DNA from: an uncultured Alphaproteobacteria bacterium
Lineage (GTDB): Bacteria > Pseudomonadota > Alphaproteobacteria > MPNO01 > UBA2964
DNA length: 64,000 nucleotides
Assembly: GCA_943787225.1 (NCBI GenBank)
Contig: CALSLP010000001.1
Coordinates: forward strand, 840,964-904,963
Direction of reading: 5' to 3'
The number at the start of each line of letters is the position of its first letter. The stretch's first letter is position 1. A model generated the notes under the pieces. It was not told where the DNA came from, did no database searches, and saw only the letters and a list, made by a program, of their open reading frames with translations. Positions 1-9,411 of the stretch are shown one piece after another. Made by a program: the position numbers and the translations under genes.

Positions 1-948
1 TACGTCATTCGCGGCGGCTTCTGGTGGTGCCGTTGCCGCACGGATCAAATGAACCCGCTCGTCAGAACAGCGAGACGGAACAGAGCTGACCCATGGTTCG
101 ACCTTGCCGCTTTCAATTCCAATGCGGCGGATCAATCGCGCCATACCGTATTGCGGATGGGTAGCTGGCAAATCAACCGGACCATGCTCTTCAAGAGTTG
201 GGTCATATCCCGGCAGAATGACTCCACCCTGCGGAAGATGCGCGATCATCTCCAACATCGCGGCGGTTGCCGGAATGCTACCTGTCGACCCCGCAGCATA
301 TACCGGACCCGCTGGTGGCGAATTTTGCCATCTCTCGACCTGCGCCGCGCTCAGCAGATTGCGCCGAATGGCGGGGTCTTCACATCCCAGCACCGCCAGA
401 ACGTCAGGCCATTGCTCCGTCACAATGCGCAGGAAATCGAGGGTTACCTGCCAATGCGCCGCATAATCGGCAGCAACGAGGTCTGATAAGCCGTCAAAGC
501 TCAGCTGCTCAGTTTCAACCTGATCAAGCAGCGAGATCAGAGCGGCCGCTAACCGGGCGGCATTGGCAGGGCTCGGTGCCTCATCAAGACGTTGCCGTTC
601 AGCTTCCAGGATCAATCGACTGAGCGCAAACTGGCGCTGCAGATCAGAAATAGCGGGTGGAATTTCCAGTGCAGGGCCGGATAGCGGCTCGTCTTCAGAC
701 AACAAGGTTTCATCAGATTGTTCTGCCTCACCGAGCGGCACGAGCTGCGGCAGGAGCAAGGCCTTGCCATCGCTCTGGCGTAGAAAAGCTTCCGTTAGAG
801 CCCGGCACGCGCGCCGGGTCGGCAAAAAAACCTTGATATCACTCAGCGCAAACGCGTCACCGCTATAGCGATCAAGCAGACCCGCCGCCAGGGAATCCAG
901 AAAAGGGACACCGGGCGCGATAGAATAAACGGTCGGGTTACCCGCCAT
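1..948 (-). CDS. addB: AddB double-strand break repair nuclease subunit, N-terminal 316 codons (gene continues past base 1)
   Basis: Absent from the ORF track because it leaves the window. Reverse-strand translation from the ATG at 948 stays open to base 1. It reads MAGNPTVYSIAPGVPFLDSLAAGLLDRY...FLPTRRACRAL...QFALSRLI, an alphaproteobacterial AddB-type N-terminus. The ATG overlaps the upstream gene's stop by 11 nt. The order tsaE / kinase / nucleotidyltransferase / addB is the synteny I recall for alphaproteobacteria. Confidence 0.7.
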   Translation of the reverse strand, partial: MAGNPTVYSIAPGVPFLDSLAAGLLDRYSGDAFALSDIKVFLPTRRACRALTEAFLRQSDGKALLLPQLVPLGEAEQSDETLLSEDEPLSGPALEIPPAISDLQRQFALSRLILEAERQRLDEAPSPANAARLAAALISLLDQVETEQLSFDGLSDLVAADYAAHWQVTLDFLRIVTEQWPDVLAVLGCEDPAIRRNLLSAAQVERWQNSPPAGPVYAAGSTGSIPATAAMLEMIAHLPQGGVILPGYDPTLEEHGPVDLPATHPQYGMARLIRRIGIESGKVEPWVSSVPSRCSDERVHLIRAATAPPEAAANDV

Positions 949-1684
949 TGGGTTCTTCGCTCGCGGCCGAATTAGCGCCAAAGATTTCTTCTGCTTCCGC
1001 CAACCCCGCTGGTGTCCCGATATGGTGCCAGGCACCGTCGTGAACAATGCCGAAAAGCCGATCTGATGCTTCCGCCTGATCATATAGCCGCGTGAGAGAG
1101 AACGGCCCTTCCGGCGCCCCAGCAAACAGCCGCGGATGTAACAGCTGAACACCACTAAACACATAGGGCGCTGTTGCGTCATTGCGCCGCCGCGTGAGCA
1201 TACCCTCGTCATTGCGGCGATAGTCGCCGACCCCGTCATAGCCCGTCGCCTGTGCCACCGGGTGCAAAAGCAAGAGAGCATCCATCGCATCATCGCGCCA
1301 AAATTCGGCCAATCGACTTAGGGCCGGATGCGATCCATCCTCCCAGGCGATATCCGCATTCACGACATAAAAAGGATTGTGTCCAAGCGTCGGTAACGCG
1401 GCCGCCACACCGCCACCGGTTTCCAAGAGAAGTTCGGTTTCTCCGGAGAAGGTGACCTGCGGTTCGGACCGTGCCGCCAGGTGGTCCTCAATCATATGAC
1501 TGAGATAATGGATATTGACCGTCGCGGCGCTGACGTTCACCGCCTGCAGTTGATCCAGTGCACGATCAAGAAGCGTTTTACCAGCGAGCGGCACGAGCGG
1601 TTTAGGCAGAGTATCGGTGATCGGCCGCATGCGCCGCCCAAGACCAGCCGCCAGCACCATGCCATGCGTCGGGCGCCCTGTCAT
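938..1684 (-). CDS. nucleotidyltransferase family protein (MurU-like sugar-1-phosphate nucleotidylyltransferase)
   Basis: 248-aa ORF with N-terminal LAAGLGRRMRPITDTLPKPLVPLAGK, a G-x-G-x-R nucleotidyltransferase signature. It overlaps the upstream kinase gene by 4 nt. Confidence 0.8.
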   Translation of the reverse strand: MTGRPTHGMVLAAGLGRRMRPITDTLPKPLVPLAGKTLLDRALDQLQAVNVSAATVNIHYLSHMIEDHLAARSEPQVTFSGETELLLETGGGVAAALPTLGHNPFYVVNADIAWEDGSHPALSRLAEFWRDDAMDALLLLHPVAQATGYDGVGDYRRNDEGMLTRRRNDATAPYVFSGVQLLHPRLFAGAPEGPFSLTRLYDQAEASDRLFGIVHDGAWHHIGTPAGLAEAEEIFGANSAASEEPNGG

Positions 1685-2694
1685 AATTCGCGGAGCCCTT
1701 CAGGAACGCCCCGTAATTCAACCGGGATATGGTCATCTAGCCATTCTTTCATCGGAGAGAGATCGGGATGCTGGCAGGCGGCTTCCAACAACCCCCATAC
1801 ACGCGGGATATGATCGAGGTAAACCGGCTTGCCATCGCGCACGCAAAGGCGGGTAAATATGCCGATCACCTTGGCGTGGCGTTGTGCGCCGAGAATCGCC
1901 ATGGAGCGATCAAACTCGTCTCGATCAAGGTCAGGAAAGGCGGCAAGATAGCGCGCCCTCACCGCGGCGGCTGTAACAGAGGAGATGTCGCGTCTGGCAT
2001 CCTCGATCAATGACACAAGGTCATAGGTCACAGGTCCTGCAACAGCATCCTGGAAATCCAGCAAGCCACAGGCGGCGATGCCCGCACGACCGTCGAGCCG
2101 CATCAGATTGTCGACATGATAGTCCCGCAAGACCAAAGTCTCGGGCAGGCCATTGGGTAGAGACAGGATTGCGCTCCAAAGCGCCTGATATTCTTGCGCT
2201 TCAGAAGCAGATAATTCCTTACCCCTTGCCGCGGGAACAAACCAATCCGTCAACAGGGCTGCCTCAGCCAGCAGCATTCCGCTATCATAAATCGGTACGT
2301 GTTCAGGGATCGCCTCAGCGGCTGGTTTTTTATGCAGATCAATCAGGACATCGGTTGCCAAATTGTAGAGCGATGTCTCGTCCACGCCTGCCGCCAGCAG
2401 ACGAGTGAAGGTCGAATCGCCAAAGTCTTCCAGCAGAATAAATCCCGCGTCGCGATCTTCCGCAAGGATTTCCGGCGCACTATAGCCAAGCCCGGTGAGA
2501 TGACGCGCGATGGCCAGAAACGGGCCGATATCCTCCTGCGGTGGCGGGGCATCCATCAACATCGCCTGTCGTCCGTTATCCGCAAGCCGATGATATCGGC
2601 GGAAAGAGGCATCGCCGGTGAGGGCCGTGCGCTGGGCATCAGCCCAGCCTTCCTGGACCAGAAACGCGTCGATGAGTGCCTGTCGATCAGCCAT
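1681..2694 (-). CDS. aminoglycoside phosphotransferase family protein (AmgK-like anomeric sugar kinase)
   Basis: 337-aa ORF with the APH-fold motifs DASFRRYHR and LVLRDYHVDNLM. It is translationally coupled to both tsaE and the nucleotidyltransferase gene. Confidence 0.75.
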   Translation of the reverse strand: MADRQALIDAFLVQEGWADAQRTALTGDASFRRYHRLADNGRQAMLMDAPPPQEDIGPFLAIARHLTGLGYSAPEILAEDRDAGFILLEDFGDSTFTRLLAAGVDETSLYNLATDVLIDLHKKPAAEAIPEHVPIYDSGMLLAEAALLTDWFVPAARGKELSASEAQEYQALWSAILSLPNGLPETLVLRDYHVDNLMRLDGRAGIAACGLLDFQDAVAGPVTYDLVSLIEDARRDISSVTAAAVRARYLAAFPDLDRDEFDRSMAILGAQRHAKVIGIFTRLCVRDGKPVYLDHIPRVWGLLEAACQHPDLSPMKEWLDDHIPVELRGVPEGLREL

Positions 2695-3178
2695 CTATTG
2701 GAAACTCCAGATCTCTCGTCATCCAGGCCCCGCATTTCTCGATCTCTATTGTCCGAGCGCCGTCATGATCGCCGGAGCCCAACGTCAAATGCAACCGATC
2801 TGCTGGCAAATAAGGGCCAAGCTGTTCCGGCCATTCGATCAGGGAAACCCCTTCAGAAAAGAAATCTTCGACCCCGAGTTCAAGCACATCTGCGGGCTGA
2901 TCAATCCGGTAGAGATCGATATGAAACAGTGAGAAGGACGGGAAGTCATATTGCTGAACCAGCGTAAAGGTCGGGCTCGGAATATCATCGACGGGCACAT
3001 TGTGTGTCGCGGCGAGCGCTTGAATCGTCGCGCGGGCGAGAACCGTCTTGCCTGTCCCAAGGTCACCCGACAAACCAACAACATCTCCCGGTTCCAGGAT
3101 CGCCGCCAGACGGCCAGCCAAACGTTCCGTTGCCGCGATATCGGCAAGTTTCAGGGTTACAGTTGCTGTAGTTGTCAT
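2687..3178 (-). CDS. tsaE: tRNA t6A37 threonylcarbamoyl-transfer ATPase TsaE
   Basis: 163-aa ORF with Walker A GDLGTGKT and TFTLVQQY...HIDLYR, typical of YjeE/TsaE. Confidence 0.85.
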   Translation of the reverse strand: MTTTATVTLKLADIAATERLAGRLAAILEPGDVVGLSGDLGTGKTVLARATIQALAATHNVPVDDIPSPTFTLVQQYDFPSFSLFHIDLYRIDQPADVLELGVEDFFSEGVSLIEWPEQLGPYLPADRLHLTLGSGDHDGARTIEIEKCGAWMTRDLEFPIDG

Positions 3179-3268
3179 TGGCCATATCTATGGCTGCTTG
3201 TACCGGTGGAACCCGAATCCCGCAACAACCGGCGAATGTCCGTAGATCGACTGCGTTCTGCTAGGGCG

Positions 3269-5667
3269 TCACGTCAAACGATGAGCCGAAGGGGCTGCGC
3301 GCGATGGCAAGGTACAGATGACGCTCGTCCCCACCTCAGGTTCAGATTCCAGAGCAACCTTACCGCCGTGCATTTCGACAAAGCTCTTCACCAGAGACAG
3401 GCCCAACCCGGCGCCCGACCGTCGGGCCTCCGCGCTCGTCCCACGCTCAAATTTTGCGAAAACCCGATCTTGATCCGCAGAGCTAATCCCGACCCCGCTA
3501 TCGCTCGTCGTCAAAATGATCTCATCGCCTTGTCGGCGTGCGGAGACAATGATTTCGCCGTCGTCAGGCGTAAACTTGACCGCATTGGACAGAATGTTGA
3601 ACAGCGCTTGTTTCAAACGCCTTTCATCGGCGACCATGGCCCCAATATCGGGGGGACAATCGCACTCTATCGTCAGTTTTTTCTGACGCGCTCGTTCATG
3701 GACCAATCCCAGCACACTATTCAGCATGCCATTGATATCGATCGAATCGAGTTCAAGGCTCATATGTCCAGCTTCAATTGTCGCCAGATCGAGAATGTCA
3801 TTGATCAGCAGCAGCAAGCGGTTGGAAGAAGCCAGAATACCAGTGGTGTATTCTGACTGCCGATCATTGAGGTCCCCGAAATATTCACCGCTGAGAATCT
3901 CCGTAAACCCGATAATAGTATTCAACGGTGTTCGGAGCTCATAGGAAACATTGGCGATAAATTCCGACTTGAGTCGGTCAGCTGTTTCCAGCGCCTCGTT
4001 TCGTTCACGCAGCGCGCGTTCCATATTGATCGCCGCCGACACATCCAGGAAGCTCAGCAACACCGCGCCATCGGGCAACGGCACTGTGGCGGTAGTCGAG
4101 CACACTGCCATCAACGCGCTCCATACGGCCGCTATGAGATTCGCGATCCGTCAGGATACCAATCAGCTGCTGCTTGTCGGCATGCATCGCGTCGCTATCG
4201 CCGATCAAATCAGAAATGTGGTTGGCGATCTCCGAAATATGCGGCTCATTTGCCAGCTCATGGGCCGGGATTTGCCACATACTGCCAAAGGCAGGGTTGG
4301 AAAGACGTAACCGGCCATTCGCGCCGATCACCGCGACACCCTCAAACAGATTGTCCAGGGTCTCCCGTTGCACAGCAATCAACGTGTTGTAATTGCGCTC
4401 CAGCGCCAGTGTGTCGGTGACGTCCTCCCACAGCAGCAAGAGGCCGCCGAAAGGATGTGGGATCGCCACAGAGCGGAGGGTCGTGCTGTCCGGCAAATGG
4501 ACCATCTCTTCAACGGGCTCAATCAGCGTCGTGAAAAGCCGCAGCTGTTCATTCTTAAAGGCCGGAAAATCGGCATATTCCGGAAGTCGGCGATCTTCCC
4601 GGAGCTGCTCAAGGACTTCACCCATCCGAGGGTTTGCGCGCAGCATCGCTTCGTCCAGCCCCCAAAGCTGGAGAAAGGCATTATTGAAGAATTGCAGCGA
4701 TTGATCGGCACCATAGATCGCGATCGCGGTCCCGAGGTTCTGTAAAATTACCTCCTGGCCAGCGACATGGCGTGACAACTCTGCCTGCACCTCTTCGAGT
4801 TGGGTCAGGTCGAGAGCAAATCCAGCGGTGCCGCCGATTGAGCGCCATCGGTGTTTCAATTAATTCGACAAAGTGACGGGCGCCCCTCATCACGACATGT
4901 TGCCGTTCACTTTGGGGGCCAAGCTGAGATGCTGCCCGTTCGGCAAGGGCCTTTGCACCCTGCAGCCCCGTACCGGCAGAAATCTCGGGCAGCTGATCTG
5001 CGGCAAGACTATCGTCGGCATCGACTGCATCACGATAGGCTTGATTGACGTATTTAAGCTGCTGCTGTTCATCCCGCAGCCAAACGGGAAGAGGCAAGGC
5101 ATCGAGAAGCTCATGCATCTGAGCCGCATCGCTGGACAACCGCTCAACCCGGGCAGCCTCAACCGTGCGATCCGAGACCAACATAACAGCGGCCCCAGAG
5201 GCATCGGCCACGACGCTATCACCCCGCACCGAAAACGTTCTCGATAAATCAACGGTGTAACCGTCAAAAGAAATGGCCGACGATCATGACGCAGCGTATG
5301 AACCGCCCCTTTGAGAGCGACAGCGTCATCTTGCTGCAACTGCTGAGAGGAAAACAGAAAACTGATTGTCGTCGGAACCCTCAATATCAAGGCTCGAGGC
5401 GAACCCGGCCGACACAATTTCGATATCCTTATCAAAAGGCCAAAGGATAGCTTGTTCCTGCCGTAACCAGGACATCGCATCGCGCAGGGCAAGCCCGGCA
5501 CGCATTTCTCGATTTTGCGCGGTTAACCGCCGTACCTTAATTGAGTAAATTAGCGCCGCTGCCGTTGCTGCAATAAACGCGACTGCGAAGATCGTAACCA
5601 GCGGGCCCGGAACCAAAGATGTAGATGTGGAGTTGAGCTTGAGCCAGTGCCGGGCTGGCCCAACCAC
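3269..5667 (-). pseudogene. membrane-anchored PAS sensor histidine kinase, read in four pieces (at least 4 frameshifts)
   Basis: Track ORFs 5326-5667 (TM N-terminus), 4681-5229 and 4005-4859 (PAS regions) and 3269-4114 (HisKA SYELRTPLN plus HATPase GLGLSLVK) are collinear. Their ends overlap in different frames. Reading across the junctions restores a continuous ~800-aa protein. Shifts lie near 5345, 5235, 4855 and 4095. The two upstream ones sit in T-runs. Confidence 0.75.
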
Positions 5668-5794
5668 TTAGCAACAAAACGTACGCCGAATATTTTCCGG
5701 CGAAAGAGCTTAACTCGCATCCCCTGTAACCCCCTTCAGGTGATCGCGATCTGGGACTCCAGCACTGAAAGTTCCGTGCCAGAGTCCCAACACG

Positions 5795-7093
5795 TTAGTA
5801 CCGGTAGTGATCCGGCTTATAGGGTCCTTCCTGAGGAAGCCCAAGATATGCCGATTGCTCATCCGACAGCTTGGTAAGTTTCACACCAAGCTTGGCCAGA
5901 TGAAGTGTCGCCACCTTCTCATCGAGATGTTTCGGCAGAACATAAACCTTGTTCTCGTAATTATCAGCATTGTTCCAGAGCTCGATCTGAGCAAGCGTCT
6001 GATTGGTGAAGGAGGCGCTCATCACAAAACTCGGATGACCCGTGGCGCAACCAAGATTCACCAAACGGCCTTCTGCGAGGATAATGATGCGTTTGCCATC
6101 AGGGAATTCGACTTCGTCGACCTGCGGCTTAACATTATGCCACTGATAGTTCCGGAGAGACTCAATTTGAATCTCGCTGTCAAAATGACCAATATTGCAA
6201 ACGATCGCGCGATCTTTCATCTCACGCATATGATCAAGCGTAATGACATCGATATTACCGGTGGTCGTTACAAAGATATCACCCACAGACGCGGCTTCTT
6301 CCATCGTCGTGACTTCATAGCCTTCCATCGCGGCCTGCAAGGCACAGATCGGATCAATCTCAGTGACCAGCACGCGAGCACCACTCACTTTCAAAGACTC
6401 GGCTGAACCCTTGCCAACATCACCATAACCAGCAACGACGGCTACCTTACCCGCCAGCATGACATCGGTTGCGCGCCGGATCCCATCAACCAGGCTCTCA
6501 CGGCAACCATAAAGATTATCAAATTTAGACTTGGTCACTGAATCGTTGACGTTAATGGCTGGCACGGCCAGCGTGCCGTTCTTTTCCATTTCATAAAGAC
6601 GATGAACACCCGTTGTGGTCTCTTCTGACAAGCCGCGGATATCGGCAAGCAATTCAGGGTATTTTTCATGGATAATCGCGGTGACATCACCACCGTCATC
6701 AAGGATCATATTTGGTGTCCAGCCATCAGGGCCTTCAAGCGTCTGCTCAATGCACCACCAAAATTCTTCGTCGGTTTCGCCCTTCCAGGCAAAGGTCGGA
6801 ATACCCGCCTCTGCAACGGCTGCCGCCGCCTGATCCTGGGTCGAGAAGATGTTGCATGAGCTCCACCTAATGGAGGCACCAAGCGCGGTCAATGTTTCCA
6901 TCAACACAGCGGTCTGAATGGTCATATGCAGACAGCCGACAATGCGCGCGCCTTTGAGTGGCTGCGATTTGCCATGTTCCTCGCGAAGCGCCATAAGACC
7001 GGGCATTTCGGTTTCAGCAATATTAATTTCTTTGCGGCCCCATTCGGCGAGCCCCATATCGGCGACTTTATAATCGTTCGCAGCGGTCATCAA
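5795..7093 (-). CDS. ahcY: adenosylhomocysteinase
   Basis: 432-aa ORF reading [32 protein letters not shown] ... GHFDSEI ... HLDEKVA, an unmistakable SAH hydrolase. Confidence 0.95.
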   Translation of the reverse strand: MMTAANDYKVADMGLAEWGRKEINIAETEMPGLMALREEHGKSQPLKGARIVGCLHMTIQTAVLMETLTALGASIRWSSCNIFSTQDQAAAAVAEAGIPTFAWKGETDEEFWWCIEQTLEGPDGWTPNMILDDGGDVTAIIHEKYPELLADIRGLSEETTTGVHRLYEMEKNGTLAVPAINVNDSVTKSKFDNLYGCRESLVDGIRRATDVMLAGKVAVVAGYGDVGKGSAESLKVSGARVLVTEIDPICALQAAMEGYEVTTMEEAASVGDIFVTTTGNIDVITLDHMREMKDRAIVCNIGHFDSEIQIESLRNYQWHNVKPQVDEVEFPDGKRIIILAEGRLVNLGCATGHPSFVMSASFTNQTLAQIELWNNADNYENKVYVLPKHLDEKVATLHLAKLGVKLTKLSDEQSAYLGLPQEGPYKPDHYRY

Positions 7094-7224
7094 AAACTCC
7101 TGGATTTGCAGATGGCTTTATCCACTTTCCCGCGGGAATGAATGAATATGCCTAACACAGTGGAAACGCGCGCCGTATAGCAGTCAAATGCGCTAAATAG
7201 CAAGGATTTTAGCAAATTTCTGCG

Positions 7225-7491
7225 CTACTCTTCGTCAAACCGACTCTCTACAAGCGCAATAAGAGCCGCGAGACCGGCTTCGGCTTCGCGACCGTCCGAC
7301 GAAATCGAGATTTCAGTGCCCGGGCCTGCCGCCAGCAACATAAGACCCATAATTGACAACGCGGATACTTTGAGACCTGAAGCCTCAACATTGATATCAG
7401 CCTCAAACTGCTCGGCCAGCTTAGCAAACTTGGCTGCTGCCCGCGCATGAAGGCCGCGCTGATTTACGATCGTCACTTTTTCTTGAAACAC
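7225..7491 (-). CDS. ptsH: HPr/NPr family phosphocarrier protein
   Basis: 88-aa ORF with VTIVNQRGLHARAAAKF, which contains the active-site His. It has a GTG start and sits in the hprK / EIIA / HPr cluster. Confidence 0.9.
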   Translation of the reverse strand: MFQEKVTIVNQRGLHARAAAKFAKLAEQFEADINVEASGLKVSALSIMGLMLLAAGPGTEISISSDGREAEAGLAALIALVESRFDEE

Positions 7492-7951
7492 TCAAAATCC
7501 GATTTGTTTGGGTTTTCGCGGAGGGCTTCGACGACGGGCTTCTTTTCCGTTTGCGATCAGCAAGGAGCTTTGACGCCACGCTGATGTATTTTTTACCAGC
7601 CTCCTGGGCGTCCGTCACCGCATCCTCGAGCGTTTGCGTTTGACGCGCCCGTGCCAGCTGAATGAGCATTGGGAGATTAACGCCAGCAATCACTTCGACG
7701 TTACCTTCTCCCATCACCGAAATCGCGAGGTTGGAAGGGGTACCGCCAAACATATCCGTCAACAGAATGACCCCATCGCCATTTTCAACACTAGCGACAG
7801 CATCAACAATATCTGCCCGGCGTTTCTCCATATCGTCGTCAGGCTGGATACAGATCGTCGCCGTATGATCTTGTGTGCCGACAATATGCTCCATCGCGCT
7901 GAGAAATTCATCAGCAAGCTGACCATGGGTAACCAGGACTATTCCAATCAT
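7421..7951 (-). CDS. PTS EIIA component, mannose/fructose family
   Basis: Starts MIGIVLVTHGQLADEFLSAMEHIVG (EIIA-Man fold). The start is placed at that Met rather than the track start at 7999. The C-terminal tail is basic, looks non-homologous, and overlaps the HPr gene by 71 nt, so the 3' end is suspect. Confidence 0.75.
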   Translation of the reverse strand: MIGIVLVTHGQLADEFLSAMEHIVGTQDHTATICIQPDDDMEKRRADIVDAVASVENGDGVILLTDMFGGTPSNLAISVMGEGNVEVIAGVNLPMLIQLARARQTQTLEDAVTDAQEAGKKYISVASKLLADRKRKRSPSSKPSAKTQTNRILSVSRKSDDRKSARPSCAGSSQVC

Positions 7952-7958
7952 GACGCGT

Positions 7959-8900
7959 TCAATTCTTTTCGTTGCGGGTTTCGGCATCACGCAACTCACG
8001 ATGCATTACACCTGCATGTTGGCCGTTTTTGCTGAGCCATGCCACAAGTTCTTCTGCCACGAAGACGGAGCGATGTTGTCCCCCGGTACAGCCAACGGCA
8101 ATCGTGAGGTAGCTTTTGCCTTCATTCTGAAAGCGCGGCAAGAGCGGTTGCAACAATCCGGTTAATGACTGAAAGAATTCAGAAAAACCTGGGTCATCCG
8201 ATACAAATTTAGCGACACGTGCATCCAACCCAGTCAATGGTTTCAGTGCTTCGTCATAATGAGGGTTAGCCAGAAACCGGGCATCAAAAACCAAATCCGC
8301 TTCGCGCGGAATACCATTACGATAGGAGAATGACATCACAAAAACCGCAAAAGACGCTTCGACATCAAGCGCAAAATGACCTTTCAACAATCGTCGTAGA
8401 TCATTGAGTGATAGTTGCGACGTGTCGACAACCATATCTGCTAGATCACGCAGGGGCACCACCGACCGTCTTTCATGTTTGATGCCATCCATCACTGGTC
8501 GGTCAGCCGCCAAGGGATGCCGTCGGCGCGTTTCTGTAAACCGGCGTTGCAAGACCTCGTCATCACAATCCAGAAAAACCATTCTCGCGTCTAAATCATC
8601 GCGGGCGATGAGCGCATCGATTTCGTGCAGAAACTGATCAACACCGAAATCCCGGGTTCGAACATCAATGCCAATAGCCAACGGGCGGCGGTTCCCGAGC
8701 GCCGGAATGACCAGGCTCGGCAATAGCGTAAGCGGCAAATTATCGACCGCTTCATATCCGAGGTCTTCAAGAATCTTCAATGTCGTCGAGCGTCCAGCGC
8801 CGGAAATCCCGGTGACCAGAAGAACAGGAGTCCGGGTAGGGGATTCCCCAAGGACGGCATTGTTGCCGGTTTCAGGGACACTATTTGCGGGCATGGTCAT
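7959..8900 (-). CDS. rapZ: RNase adapter / P-loop NTPase RapZ (YhbJ family)
   Basis: 313-aa ORF with LLVTGISGAGRSTTLKILEDLGYEAVDNLP and C-terminal IAVGCTGGQHRSV. Confidence 0.9.
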   Translation of the reverse strand: MTMPANSVPETGNNAVLGESPTRTPVLLVTGISGAGRSTTLKILEDLGYEAVDNLPLTLLPSLVIPALGNRRPLAIGIDVRTRDFGVDQFLHEIDALIARDDLDARMVFLDCDDEVLQRRFTETRRRHPLAADRPVMDGIKHERRSVVPLRDLADMVVDTSQLSLNDLRRLLKGHFALDVEASFAVFVMSFSYRNGIPREADLVFDARFLANPHYDEALKPLTGLDARVAKFVSDDPGFSEFFQSLTGLLQPLLPRFQNEGKSYLTIAVGCTGGQHRSVFVAEELVAWLSKNGQHAGVMHRELRDAETRNEKN

Positions 8901-8970
8901 TTTCGGTCGCTACTATCGCGCTTTGTTATAAGAACGGCAAGCAATCTCATAACGCCGCTTGACTCCGATT

Positions 8971-9411
8971 TCATGTCATACGTGTAACCAATGATCGGAT
9001 TTTTGTCGCACAAGACGCATCGAAGGCGTGCAGCCGATACAGCGGCAAACTCCACCCAGCGATGTCGCAACAGGCGGGCTCGGGCAAACGAGGCACGTCT
9101 TCACGCTGGACGAGATCAATCACCAGCCGGATCGCGGTATTTTCTTCATAAGGAATATCAAAAATGCCACATCCCCGGACCTCAATTTTTCCCCGAAGAA
9201 TTACCGGCGCGCTGGCCAACAATGCGCCAGCTTCTTCGGACAACACGACCTGGTCATCGGCCACAAGCCTGGCACCACCATCGATAAGACGCAGTGCCAG
9301 ATCAGATTTGCCGCTGCCTGAGGGGCCGCGAAGCAGCACACCCACCTCGCCTATTGCCACACAAGTGGCATGGACAAGCATGTCCGGTTCCTTCTCCGGT
9401 CCTAATGTCAC
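8971..9411 (-). CDS. hprK: HPr kinase/phosphorylase, short alphaproteobacterial form
   Basis: 146-aa ORF with LVHATCVAIGEVGVLLRGPSGSGKSDLALRL. It lacks the N-terminal domain, as in alphaproteobacteria. It overlaps the chvG stop by 4 nt. Confidence 0.85.
   Translation of the reverse strand: MTLGPEKEPDMLVHATCVAIGEVGVLLRGPSGSGKSDLALRLIDGGARLVADDQVVLSEEAGALLASAPVILRGKIEVRGCGIFDIPYEENTAIRLVIDLVQREDVPRLPEPACCDIAGWSLPLYRLHAFDASCATKIRSLVTRMT

Noticed and set aside
49-868. Plus-strand ORFs of 101-145 aa at the window start.
   Set aside because: They are antisense to an uninterrupted addB reading frame with clear family similarity, and their products are Arg/Pro/Ser-rich, typical of GC-rich shadow frames.
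7094-7224. A possible SAH riboswitch upstream of ahcY.
   Set aside because: The leader is AT-rich. I could not find the GC-rich pseudoknot-forming conserved core that I associate with SAH riboswitches.
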